The notes under the pieces: model-generated
Told to the model about the DNA's origin: nothing
Database searches by the model: none
What the model saw: only the letters and a program-made list of their open reading frames with translations
From: Bigelowiella natans CCMP2755
Taxonomy: Eukaryota > Protista > Cercozoa
Assembly (NCBI GenBank): GCA_000320545.1
Contig: ADNK01002454.1
Location: forward strand, 27,653 to 91,652
Reading direction: 5' to 3'
Length of the DNA stretch: 64,000 nucleotides
Program-made: the position numbers and the translations under genes
Part shown: one piece after another, positions 1-15,487 of the stretch
Numbering within the stretch: position 1 is the stretch's first letter
How the letters are laid out: each line of letters opens with the position of its first letter

Positions 1-2225
1 AAACAAAACTTCCCAAACCTTCAAATCGTGGACTTCTTCCTTTAATTCGTCTATTTCAGCCTGCATAGAATTTCTTTTCTCCATTAATTTTGTATACTTG
101 AAGGCCAGACTTGGACCAGCAGAGAAAGTTTCCATGAGCTTTCTGGAAATTAATTAATCGCTTTATCCAAGGTATTCGCTCACTGATGTATTGAAAACCT
201 TTGAGAAGCTGACAATCTGGTAACTCCATTCCCAGATCTTAGAGCATCAATTAATATCTGCGAAATTCTTGTAATTTTTCGAATCCAAAGGTTAAAAATA
301 AAACAAAAACCTCCTTTTGCTTCAACTGTTTCTCAGCTTCTGCCAAAAGTTGCTTGTACTCTTCAACGGTTCTATAACAGATATCTTATAGTCGAATATT
401 CTGAGCAAAATTCTTACGATGTACCTCTCAGCATTAATTTTGGGCTTATTTTTAATTAATTTGGCACGTTGTCCAAATCTCATCGAATTTAGAGTCTAAA
501 TGAAGATTTCTCTGTAGAAATTGAGTGGCCTCTTAATAAATGAATTACCTCCTCAGCATTGTACAATGATGGAGAACATGTGACAATAAGGCACGTTTTC
601 GCATTTCCTCCCAAACTGTCGCTGAGAAGCCTGGTTAACTTTGAATCCCTTTTGTTCCCAAATTGTACATTGTTTATCTTTCATTTGGACATGAGATGAC
701 ATGATGACCTGTAAGGCACGTGCGATTTGTTTCCTGTGAGCGCATATATCACATTTCCTAGACATGATAATGATTTGTTTATCATCTTTGCTTCGTCCAA
801 CGTTTTCCCTAGATACAATACAAATTCAGGAAACAATTAAATGCAGAAGCACAGTTTACTGGCACCTTTTGCCTCCGTTTTTCGTACTTTCTCTGACCCT
901 GCTAGGTCAACTAGAAATACCTGGATTGTATCAATTTGTTAAAACAATATGTGCAATGATATTAATATGCAATCAAGTGCATGCATACCTTTGATTGTCG
1001 TTTAGAACCAGTTTGTCGATTTATTTGTGTTATCTTAAGGATAAACACGCTATGACTACGACTTGATTCTGCATTCATTTTTGTACTTGCGACGTGCCTG
1101 AATTATATAATCAATTTAAATCATGTGTACACACACGCATCAATATATATATCTATATCTATATATATATATATATATAAATATTACATTAATGTGTTTC
1201 ATATGTGTGTGGGTGTGTGTTTGTCTGTGTATGCACCATTGTGTGTATAAACTTATGCCCATGTTGTTAGAACTTTTCGAGTACCGGTTGTTGGCTCCAG
1301 CCTCCATGGCCTTGTAAACCTTTGGAATTTAATTCATTTGAGGTTTAAAGTTCATTTCATAGCCTTGAACAATTGACCTCTGATTTATTTGCAACCCATA
1401 CTTCTGTGACACTCTGTATAAATGTTCCTTTCTACGATAAATACCAAAATCTCAATGACCATCATTCATTCGTCAGGTATGAGTAATATAACCGTTTTGC
1501 TTTCCCTTATCTTCAAATTCCCATTCTGATTTTTCGGGTTTAAGAGATCTTTGATCTTCTCCATGTATATCTCGACGTATGATACTTGTATTTCATAATC
1601 GTATCTGTTAAATAAAGGAGAATCAAAATACGAACAGGATGCGCAAATACGCAAATGAATAACATTACTCTGGCTCGTCAGTGTTAACTTCACTTGAAAT
1701 TCTGTCGAATATTTCTCCAACAATTCTAGGTATAATACCCTAAATAAATAGTATATTTTCTAAGAGGAAGATTCGTCCACTTAGGTGTTTGAATACCGCA
1801 TTTTCTGAACTATTTCCTCCTTTCATAGTAAACGACTTTCCAGTTCCTGTTTGGCCATATGCGAAGATAGTACAGTTAAAGCCCTTGAATACCTCTTCTA
1901 CCATTGGGGCTGCTGTTTTGTTGTACACCTCAACCTGTTCAGGGTAAAGATATTAGAATGGAACTATGCTTTTAGTCTAAATGATTACTTGCGATGACTC
2001 CCAATTAAAAATTCTATCAAATTTAAATTTAGCATTCTTTTTGGAGGCCTTGCACTCTTGCAGTGCTTCCTCTGTTAGCTCGACAGATTCGATCTCATTT
2101 CCGCCAGGAAGTTTGCAGAATTGGACATTTATGGAGTACTTTGAATGGAGTCTTTCATTTTCGTTGAGTGGTCGAAAGCGAAGACATACTATAACACTCT
2201 CTGCGCCTGAACCTTTGTTGGCCAT
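1..2225 (-). CDS. Kinesin motor protein, N-terminal motor (kinesin-1/heavy-chain-like); multi-exon, 3' part runs off the window
   Basis: Spliced exons give [19 protein letters not shown], the P-loop [42 protein letters not shown] (switch I), [10 protein letters not shown] (switch II), [39 protein letters not shown], then a probable coiled coil. GT-AG introns are short. Confidence 0.95.
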
Positions 2226-2349
2226 CTTGTCTATGCCTGTGGCCTTCTTTTCACCTCCATTCTGAGGCTCAGTTGTACAAGTAGACCGTTTCTACATTGC
2301 GACATAGATTTTTCCTTTTGTATGAAGTTGTCGCGAAAGGGGTTTCTGC

Positions 2350-3400
2350 TATGAAAAACGATCATTTAAAGAACTTTCTGGGCATTGATTGTTTGCTCTT
2401 GTTAGTACTTGATGGCGGTTGTAACTTTTAGTGCACGATTTTAAAAAGTCTGTAATTTTGATCCTAGTTTCCAACCATTTTGTCAACTGAGAGTTAACCA
2501 AATGTTGTCGCCAAAAGGAAATGTAGTATTTATTTTATGCAACAAAAGTATCTAATGAATAAGATTCAAGTAGGTTTGTTTTTAGGGACAAAGGATGAGG
2601 TTCAACCGATATAATTCCAATGTATATGTCTTAAGAAGAGAATTCAATGGGATTGTCTTGTTCGAGATTATTAAATAACGCTCCCCTGATCTTACATGCA
2701 GAGACTCAGAATTATACAGGCACCTCATGGATGCACGCAAGCATGTGTCAACTTAAAATCGAAGGAGGCCTTAGGCTTTACACTGTATTTGTTTATGTTC
2801 TCAGAATTTAAAGCAATTCGAAATTAAAAATGAGCTTCGCCAGAAACCACGAAAAGCACATTGCAGAGCTTAAAAAGGAAGCAGTCAAGCTGGTATGAAC
2901 TGGACATGTCAATCGAGGCCAAGCTAATTCCATTAATTTCTACAGGCTGCAGAAATAAAGCTCATCCAACAGGCGCAAAAGCCAAGCCAAGCTTCATCTC
3001 AATTAATTCAATACATTCGAAAGACAAGCGTAGATCCTATAATGGCAGATGATAACCCATGGTATTTGACAACAATGAGCAAACATTACATTTGAACCGT
3101 AGTGAGGTTTATTTGATTATGTCCTACTTTTCACAAAAGGCTTACAAATTAAAGAATAGGTGAATTTTTGTATATTATTTCCCATGTTAATTTGTATTCC
3201 TTGCATTGGAATCTCAGGAAACCAAATAGATCTATCTGCTGTCTTGGCAATTAAAGGATTAAAGTCCAGAGAGCTACAGTATCGCAAAATGTGATAGCTG
3301 ATCTAACTTGTCTAGGATGAATTTAGTTTGTAAACTATTATTGCATGGTGTCCATGTTATATCTCTAATACTTGGCCATTTAATGGTCAATTCAACCTTA
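2350..3400 (+). CDS. Probable small multi-exon gene of unknown function, divergent from kinesin
   Basis: A series of AG..GT-bounded open segments on + (e.g. MSFARNHEKHIAELKKEAVKL|AAEIKLIQQAQK; GNQIDLSAVLAIKGLKSRELQ). No recognisable domain, and boundaries are uncertain. Confidence 0.35.
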
Positions 3401-3449
3401 TGAATGTTTATTTGTAGATTCATGTAAACAATTTGCTTTGTTCTCTCCA

Positions 3450-4200
3450 TATTCAATCTTCGACATTGAAGCAATGACATTGAGGGCAAGTGTGTTGCAA
3501 CTAGCGCTAGTTCAACTACATGACATTTGTCTGCATTCAGCACTTTCCCGTTTTCTAGTCTTCTCAAAATTCAGTGATGCAAGCTTGCGATCATTTTGAT
3601 GCTAGAATGATGGAATGAACAATTTGTCTAAATGCTATGCTCACGTGCTTCTTGATTTTTGTTCATCAATGACCTGTGTGATGCTCTTGCGTTTCAGTCG
3701 TGCATTCGTCAAAACTAGAAAATTGTGTGCGCTAGCTAGCTAGCTTCTGGCATCTCTGGATCTAGCTCTAGAGCTAGATGGCTAGCTAGCTTGCTAGCCT
3801 CTCTAGCTCTACCTAGCTAGCTAGCTAGGCCTAGCCTGAACAGTGGCACACACAGGATTCACATGACTCAATGCAAACTTTAGATCCAAACCATCTAAAC
3901 CACGAAGCTGGATGCACTAGCTAGCTAGCATGCCATCCAAGTGGTTAGGTTGACTCGCCAAGTCCACACTTCTAGACTTTTTCCAACGCTAGTGCGCTTC
4001 TCTGCTAGCTCTTGGCATTCTAGCATTCTTGAATCCCTCATGCGAGAGATGATTGAGTCTTCATTTAGAAGAGCATTAGTGCAACAAACTAGTGCCAGCG
4101 CCATTCCTAGAGGCCTACTAGCCTACACTAGTACATGTCTAGCATGCTAGCATGTTTTTCAATCCCTAACAATGGATGGTGCAAAATCGCCCTCTTTGCG
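3450..4200. other. TpA-depleted, CTAG-rich intergenic island 1
   Basis: About 29 CTAG in 3711-4150 by eye, including (CTAG)n runs. Most remaining TA are in CTA/TAG context, and CATG/TGCA are in excess. Confidence 0.85.
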
Positions 4201-4433
4201 TGAAAGCAATTTTTTACTCATTATATGTTTAGATTTTCACATCAAAATGTATTCGTTTTAAATTGACCTGGCTACTGATAAGAACATGTCTAATCATCCA
4301 TCTAATTTGCTACAAATTACCGCAACCAATGGGACATGTGTTTCCATGATTTGCAACTATATGTTGATAAGATTTTGGGCTTTAGGATAGTTCCGATCGG
4401 AGACCATCTTGTTTTTATCTCAGCAACATTAGC

Positions 4434-6496
<2,063 letters not shown>

Positions 6497-6823
6497 TGTT
6501 CTTCCTTCCAATTTTGCTTGAGAAATCGTCTTGGATATTTATGCACGTCCATACAACAACATCGTTTATGCCATATTTTTATTGCGACAACATCATGTGT
6601 TTGTCGTAGATAGATTAAGATGAAGTGAATTTGCCATGTGTTTTGGACTTGCGACAAATACCCAGGGTTGTCGTACTTTTTCACAATCCACAGTGAGATA
6701 TGGTCAGACTACGATTCGATCTGCTCTTGTGATGATGTGATAAAGGAAGGAGAGGGGACTGTGTGGGTTAGGAACAGAAGGGACTAAGAAGTCTTACCAC
6801 TCTCATTGCCTTACCGACACATA
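6497..6823. promoter_or_regulatory. Putative bidirectional promoter (MAPK / C78 peptidase)
   Basis: About 330 bp between two divergent start codons; positional inference only. Confidence 0.5.
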
Positions 6824-8590
6824 ATGCAAGAAGAAATAAATGGGAATGGTTATGATGAGGACGCTGCGTTACAGCAAGCGTTAAAAGCATCACTTGAGAC
6901 CGTAGAAGAGCAGAAGCCACAGGTGAGGAGATGCTATAATATATTTTTTATAGATCCTAGCTGCAAGATATCTCTCTTGTGCCATAATTGCGGTGGTTTA
7001 CACATTTGGTACTACGTCTGTAAGGAAACTCTAAACCCGATTATGGGGTTGGTGGAATATTACCAAGAAAAAGTAAACAAAGTAGTACTAGCGGCTAATC
7101 AAGAATCCAAGGGGAGAAAAGACTTGCCCTCTCACCTTTTTGCCAGTGAAACGGACTTTTGGTAAAATGACTAACGTTGTGAATGCAGCTTCATAACTAT
7201 CATTATTAGTTTCATTTGTTGGCAATCGTGGTCGTAGTACTTAGTAGTCAGAGTTATAACTCTTGTTATTCTCTAGGTACTACAATTGCATGGATGAGAT
7301 GGATCGGGGCTGGGTAATCTGATGATGGCACACTACGAACAAAAATTGTGATGTTTCTCTTCTTTATCTCGATTTAGTAGTCGTTGTTTTCTTCCAAGCT
7401 GGTAGTTTAGCTGTACTTTGTCAGGGCTGCACGTATCGAGTGATGCAGATGGTCTTCTCAAATCTACAAAAGTTAGTAGGCTGTATATTACCTATTAAAT
7501 AAATCATTTTCACAGCCATCCCCTCAAGTTTATTTATTTCCTTGATTAGGCGAGGATTCTTGGACAACATAAAGATGCCTTCTTTGAGAGAAATTCAGCA
7601 GAGACTTGCGACTTTACCCGGTATTAAGTAGTTAAACCTTATGTGTTGATGTGTGGACTCGCAAAAGCAAAAAATCTGCGAATTTCATTAGCTCTACAAG
7701 TAATGATAAAGCGTATATTTCTTCTTCTTCTTTCTTCTTCTTCTTCTTCTTCTTCTTCTTCTTTTTCTTCTGCTTCTTCTTCTTCAAATGTATTATATCA
7801 ATTAGGGTATAACTCAAGTATTGTCGGTTCTAAGAAGTGGCTTGAGCCCCCTGATGCTAATAATTACTTCAAGTAATTAGCAGCGACAAATTGATGCAAT
7901 AAAAGATGTCATAAACAGGGCCAGCTATCAGTTGTTCAAAACATTCGTTGTTTTATTATACTTCAGATCGTACAAGCTGGGTGGATATGACACAACATAC
8001 GATTTTGCAAAGGAACGTCATGTCAATAAATTTTGGGAGGACCTGAAATGTCATTTTAGCACTGTTCGCACACCTGTGATTGTGGATGATAAGGTAGCAG
8101 AATGTAATGGATGCATTATATCGTATCCTTTTGTCACCGCTGCTTGATTCAATTGTTGCAATATTCAGTTTTCAACATACGGTGTTCTTGGTGTGGCTAG
8201 CAATGAAGGTATTTTGTTAATGAGTTTATAATCTTCCTCGAGTCTGATTTGCTGTTTCTTTTCGTCAGGGAATAGAAAGGTTCTTGTTTTCGATCCGCAC
8301 ATGCATGTGAAGAAGACGATGACGATCGAAGACTTTGAAGAGCAAAGTGCGAAAAAAAAGGTACCTACATTACTAAATATAAAGGTTATGTGAAGAAATA
8401 CTTTAACAGTACTCAGCAAATACTGAACGAAATGGATTAGGGAGGTTGGAGGACAATCGAGCTGCACTTTAAGCAAAAACTGTGGATGGTGTACTATCCC
8501 TTGGGAAGTGCCTCAACTAAGGAAGACCATGCTGCACAACGACGCAGTCGGCATGATTCATCAGATTGTAACTGTTGCATTCTAATCTAA
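6824..8590 (+). CDS. Peptidase C78 family cysteine protease (UFSP/ZUP1-like) with an N-terminal UIM-like motif and a C-terminal CaaX
   Basis: YYNCMDEMDRGW|GCTYRVMQM (catalytic Cys motif D-x-GWGC-x-YR), GSKKWLEP, VLVFDPHM (DPH box), GGWRTIELHF. The N-terminus has DEDAALQQALKASLE, and the protein ends CNCCILI-TAA. Phases of the last exons were checked. Confidence 0.85.
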
Positions 8591-8649
8591 TTCATATGCA
8601 ATTGTGAGCTATTGCATTATGAATACTTCTATACTCCATAATCCAATAA

Positions 8650-9900
8650 CGGGCACAATTTGAATGATGAAATGTGTGGCACAGCGCTTTACTTGCGTGC
8701 TGTGCGCATGCACGTGCTGCTGAACAGCGCTAGCAATGGAATTTCAGCACATGCAGGGATGTCAGATGTTGTACAACTTAGATTATTATAATCACTAAAA
8801 CTATGCAAAAAGTTGTTGCGAGCTGCGAGGCTATCTACTAGCTATTTTCGAAACATCACAATAAGCCTTTTTCTCTTAGTCTAGTAGTGGTGCCTAGCTA
8901 GCTAAGTGCAGTAGTAGCATGTATTCGTTGCATGTGCATGCTAGCATGCTAGAATGACTAGATGATAAGCCCAACATGCACAATAATGGCACACTGCTAG
9001 ACTGCTAGCGCTACAACAAAACACACATTTGCGATTGGTAGCGCTAAAATCAACTCTAGCCAAGTTTGTTTGTCAATGTGGTTCTCCATTTTTGCATGGT
9101 TGTGAGTGGGCGCGATATCTAGCAGTCGTCGGTGACACATAGACAAATCTAGAAATTGAATGCGATATCAGCCACGCTAGCACGTTGTTCACAACCGACG
9201 TACATTGCAACATCCAAAGATCTGTGAGTTCATCATTGCGTGTGTGGCACATCTAGATATGTCGGTGAGCATTGCGACACAGCGAGCTGTGCTGGCTGTG
9301 AGGTTTTCATTTGTGTCATTGCACGTGTAGTGACGAGTCGCAGCAACATGGCAAATGAATGTGCCTCTATAGGCCTTCGCAATCTAGCTCTAGTTGGCAG
9401 TGACACGTACGCACACATGCTAGCATGGCATGGCATGGCATGTGTTTGTGTGGAAGTACGTAGCGCGCGGCGAAGCTTGTGACAAAAGCTGCGCCCCTCG
9501 CAGCAGCACGCATTCTGTGGTTTATGTAGGCATTTTTGCTTCGTTGTTGCTGTGTGTGCTGTATCGTAGTGGTGCATGTTGCAGTGCTAATTGGCGAAAC
9601 ATGCAAATGTTTAAATGGTACACATCGTTTTTCAATCTAGCTACTGCATGCGCGTGCCGCTTGTGTATATATGTGCACATGTCAATGCCAGAATGCTATA
9701 ATGCGCAAACATGACGTGCAACTATAATGACACAAGACTGCATGTGATCATCAGCGGCAAGTTTGTAGACACTACAATGCGATGGACGAATTTGTCTGCA
9801 CTAATATCCTGTGCGCCGACCAGTTTATGTGCGTCTAACTCCATACACAGTGTACGTATAGCTTCAGCCATTGGTGTTGCTTTGTGGATTCACGAACAAC
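8650..9900. other. TpA-depleted, CTAG/CATG/TGCA-rich intergenic island 2 (partial depletion)
   Basis: Lies between two convergent stop codons (8590 and 9988). Many gctagc, gcatgc, tgca and cacgtg motifs; TA is reduced and biased to CTA/TAG. Confidence 0.8.
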
Positions 9901-9987
9901 AAACTACGATGCCCACATTGCATTGATAATATGCGAACATTATCAGAACAAAATGATTGCCAAATCAAGAGTTCAATACAGATGTAG

Positions 9988-11198
9988 CTATTTATCAGTA
10001 TACACATCGTCGTCATCTTCCGCTTCTTCTCCAACAGCTTTTAAGAAGTCTTTCTTCGACATCTTGCCCTTCTTCAGTTTCTTCATCATGTTGACCTAGA
10101 TCATTAGAATGTTGTATCTCAAGAGAGAAAGAACAAAGCGTTGATAATAAACCTATTAATATTCATATGATGATGCAGGAGTTAGGAGCAACCTCTCTTT
10201 GTAATTCTTCCCATTCACTCTTTATCTCTTGATGTACCTGCAGCAAACGGTTAGGATGATGATGAGGATGATATTAAACAATAGATCAATGGTAACCACC
10301 CCCAGCAAGCACCGGTTTTAGGTCATTTTTTCACATGTTTCATATATATTTTACCCGTTTTCGCCTACGTTTAGGCTTTTCTTTGCGTTTTTTCCGTTGT
10401 CTCTCGGCTTCTAACGCCTCGCGAGCTTTTCGCTCTTGTTCGTTCTTCTCTCTATATGCACACATTCAAGCAATCAGACCTTTGCTATAGCTTTCAGTGT
10501 AGACCGACTTACCTGCGTGCTTGCATATTCTTTAATCTTTGTTTTTCACGATTTTTATCCTTGTACTTAATATCACGAGCTTTGATATTTAGGGGCGGCT
10601 TAAACTCTGTACGACACATGATGGTTTGTCAGAAGATTATTTTATTTGCTGATATTTGTAGGACTTTATACACACGCACACACCCGCATACAGACAAACA
10701 ATTGAATATGTTGTGGCCATGTGAGCATACTCTTGACCACGATGCGACGATTATAGTGAGGAAGGATGACAATGACAAAGAATTAAAAAAATACCGATTT
10801 TAAAATGCTTTATGTCTGGCATCTAAGTCGTAGAACAACAAGATATAATATGATGATGATGATGATGATGATGATGATACAGTTTAAATTTATCAGGAAT
10901 GATGATCATTCTATGGGATTTCTAGCAGCAGCATATATATCTCCGTTGTCTTCGTTATTATCTCCATTAATCTACTACTTACTTACCCTGGGAAAGAATA
11001 ACAAACCATACCCTGATGCAATACCGGCAAAAGGAAGCATGCTGATTAGGAGAAAGGGGGGGGGGGGGGAGACAAGAACAACACACATAAAACAGCAAAC
11101 GTTAAGTGTATATCAAGAGTAGAGAAAGAAGTTGTGCTATGAAAAGCCATTGATATCAACAATGCTGCTTGCTCGTTGCTCCTTCTTCTTCTCCTTCT

Positions 11199-11233
<35 letters not shown>

Positions 11234-12065
11234 CATTCTTCCTATGCTCTACATCCATGTACTAGTAATAAGTGGTTAACACCCCAAAAAAGCTCATTAT
11301 TATGCTTTGTTTGATACCTGAACATCATCGTGTACGCTAGTTCATGTTCCTTATACGCTCTCACGAATGACACAAACGCCCTGAATATTATTAAGGTAAT
11401 TCATCCTCATATATCATAATAAAATTAACGATTAACCAAACTTAACAAGCTGCCAAAATGAATGGTACATGAGATGATTAGTACCTTTGGCCAAGATCCA
11501 TAATCGCCCTATCTTTTGCGGCAAGCTTATGAACTTCTGATAAAGATAAAAGACGCTGCTGCTGCTGGTTCTTCTCGTCTGTATTTTCTTTCCCTCCTAA
11601 TCCTCGAGTTTTTGAGCTGCTATTAGCCTTGCTCTCCTCTCCTCCCTTGCCTCCTCCTCCTCCTCCTCCTCCTCCTCCTCCTCCTCCTGCTGCTGCTGCT
11701 ATTTCTGGTGGTGATATTGCTTCTTCGTTGTCTTGACGTGGAATTAGGGAAGAATAGCCACCAGTATCTAGATGAGATATAGGGACCTTGCGACTCTACT
11801 CCCGACATAATAAAACATGGGCAATTATTATTGGAAGTTGTGAATATGATCATGATGATGATGATGATGATGATGATAATTCTTCTTCTTTTCGCCTGTA
11901 GCAGCTATTGTTTCCACTGCTACCGGTGACTACTACTACTACAACTACTACTAATATAATATTATTAGTATGATTATTATTACCTTAAGGTATTCCGCAT
12001 ATCCAGTCTCTCCAGGCATCAGCATCACTACAGCACTACCACGCCGCCCAGCTCTGTAACGATAT

Positions 12066-12097
<32 letters not shown>

Positions 12098-12244
12098 GTA
12101 TTATGACTAGTACAACAACAGTAGGTCCTTCCTTATCCTCTACCTACCTTGATGTTCTTCCAACACGATGCACGAAGAATGAGGGATCCAACGGGGGGTC
12201 AAACTAGTAGTAGTAGTAGTAGTAGTAGTAGTAACGTTGAACAC

Positions 12245-12285
<41 letters not shown>

Positions 12286-12404
12286 CAAGAAAAGGACTTG
12301 AGGTGGTGAGTGTACACGATTATAAATAGAATATCTGCTTTTGATGAAGATCATATTCACCACTCCTCCCCTTTTCTCATAAACCTTCTTTGACTACCAA
12401 TCAC

Positions 12405-12438
<34 letters not shown>

Positions 12439-13225
12439 GTAGTAGTTGTATTGCTACTTACTTATTATTCATTTCTTACAATGCTACTACTACTACTACT
12501 GCTGCTACTACTTGTACCTGTACAATCCATGTCAAATCTGGAAGATCTATTCCTCGAGCAGCTACATCAGTACAGAATAATGCTCCTGGGAACGATGTAA
12601 TGTGATAACAACAGACAAGGGATGAGAATGATGATGATGATGATGATGGTGAGGACATTTTTCCTTATTATACTTTGCATTATAGCAAGGAGCAGACTGA
12701 TATGATACATTCGTTATTATTGGCCTTCTTCTTCTTCTTCTTCTTCTTCTTCTTCTTTTTCTTCTTCTTCTTCTCACTAATGACCATTCTTTGTAGCCTT
12801 GAAGTGGCCAAACTGCTTTTGCCTCTTCTTTGATGACATTTTGCCGTGCAAGTGGTAAATCTGATGTTTTAATTATGAATTTGAAATGAAGTGTGAGAGG
12901 CTTTAAAAACTATGCTCTTTGGCGCTGCTATTTTAGCTAGATTCTACCAAGGTCGCGAACGGTTTAATACATCTCCTTCTATTCTTCTCCTTCTGGCTGA
13001 TTTCTATGTGAAAGAGAAGTAGGAAGAAATACCTTTGCTCTCGATTGCTTAATGGTTGATATCTTTGGCATGATTGTAGCAAAATAGTCCACACTCGCAC
13101 AAGTGAGGAAAAATACGATTACCTGTAGATAATGATAATGATGATGATGATGATGCCTTATTTTCATGTCGGATATAGAAACGAATGAAACCAATAAACC
13201 ACGAAATATGAAGGAGCATATATGT

Positions 13226-13266
<41 letters not shown>

Positions 13267-13687
13267 TATTGTTTGCTTTATTGTTTCGCACTGCTAAATA
13301 CCTTTTCTTGCGCGTGCTTTGCGAGGAATTCTGACAAAAAGACGAGCTTTTCTGTCGGCTTCACAACAACATACCTGTAGTAGAAAGTGGTGATGAAAAT
13401 GATGAAGATGATAATGATAATCAAAGGAAAAGACTAGCTACAAAAAAATACATAAATATAGCATCAAAGTGCATTCATATAATGAACCCACATTATTATA
13501 TTTAATTTATAGATTATTTACCAATTTTGGAGAGTATCTGGAATTGTAGTTTGTTGTTGGGAAGAAGAAGATGATGGGTTCTGTTGTGTGTGGTGTATTT
13601 ATTACAAGGAGTACATCGTTGTACTACTGGCATCATCAACTCTTGTTCCAATTATGATGAGTTGTATCATCACCACCACAAGAACCG

Positions 13688-13721
<34 letters not shown>

Positions 13722-13901
13722 TTGTTACTAACCGAGGAAGATTGATTCTTTGCACGTTTTCTTTTCTTTGAGACCTGTAATTCGTGAATTGTGAGTGTTA
13801 ATGCATAGGTAGTAACCGAGTGAGTAACTTTACCACTTCAAAACAGATCGATGAAGAAGAAGATGATGATGATATAACACTCAATTTTTCTCCAATTTTG
13901 T

Positions 13902-13940
<39 letters not shown>

Positions 13941-14725
13941 TTTTTTCTAATAAGAAGGAGTACATTGACAAGAAATGGATAGTGATGATACTCACTTCAC
14001 CAACAACATTGTTTACTACTACTACTGTTACACCATCATCATCATCAACAACAACTACTGCTGCTACCACTACCTGTACGTCAATATTGACTGGATTTCT
14101 TAATCCAGCTTTTACTAGTTCTGATACCTTGAGAATAATATCGAAGAGAAAGTAATGATAACAATAATAATAATATTAAAAAACAATAACAATTAATATC
14201 AGGCATCGATCTACAACTGATTGTAACCAAAAAGTTATCTCTGTTTTTCCTATCAATATATGAATTCAATACATCTAAGTTTATCCTCCTCCTCCTCCTC
14301 CTCCTATTACTTACTTGCTGTGTTTGTGTAGCAGAGAATAGGCCTGTTCGTCGTTGCTTTGGCAAACGATTCAAGATAGTTCTAATCCATATACAAAATC
14401 ATTCAAATAATCACATCTGTTGGTGCACATGTCGTATTTGAATGTACTTCTCTATAAAACAGTAGTAATAACAACTAATAATAATCTCTCGTACTTTTTG
14501 TGATGAAGCTATTATGAATATCCGCACACTAATGAGCATCTAATTATTGGTTGTAGCGACATATACTACATCATCTTCTTTTCTCTCTCTCACCTGATTT
14601 GTCTGTCAAACCCCATATCAAGCAGCCTAACAATGTGTAAGTAGCATAATAGAGTAGTATCAGTTTGCAAGGAATATAAATGCAAAGACCTACACTATTA
14701 TCTTCTTATGATTTAGTTAATAAAG

Positions 14726-14769
<44 letters not shown>

Positions 14770-15404
14770 ATATTGTATAAGTGTATTGAATACTCATTAC
14801 CGATCAGCTTCATCAAGCACAAGGACCTAAATGAAAGAAGAAAGAGGAGAAGAGTCGTCAAAACTCATAATAGGAAATACTGAACTTAGTATTATCATCA
14901 TCGTCCTGTCAGGATGTGCTTACTTTCAAGCTATTCTATTTTTAAGATCAAATCATTTGAATGCTGACAGTATCCCTGCTACTAGTAGCACGTACTACCG
15001 ACCTCCACTTGCCGTGTATCCAAATTGCGAACATGTGCTAGCATAGAGCATAGCCTCCTGATAATATAATCAATCGATCAATCAGTGAATGAATACATTG
15101 TACCATGATTAAAAGAACCACACACAAACACACACACATGTATCTATTAAAAGAGAGTCCATATATAAAATTCAAAAGAGACAGTTTTACACAGTAATGA
15201 TAACAACGGAGGATGATTCAGCACCTACCCAGGGGTTGCAATAATGATGTTTGCCCCCTCTTTAATAAACCTAATCGTCATTATCATCATCATCATCATT
15301 GTTGTTGTTGTTGTTGTTGTTGTTGTCACAGCACGGAGCTGCTCAGTTAGTAAGTGGTGGTGTTTGAATGGCTAATATCAAGCTAAATTTATGTTATGTT
15401 GTCC

Positions 15405-15487
<83 letters not shown>

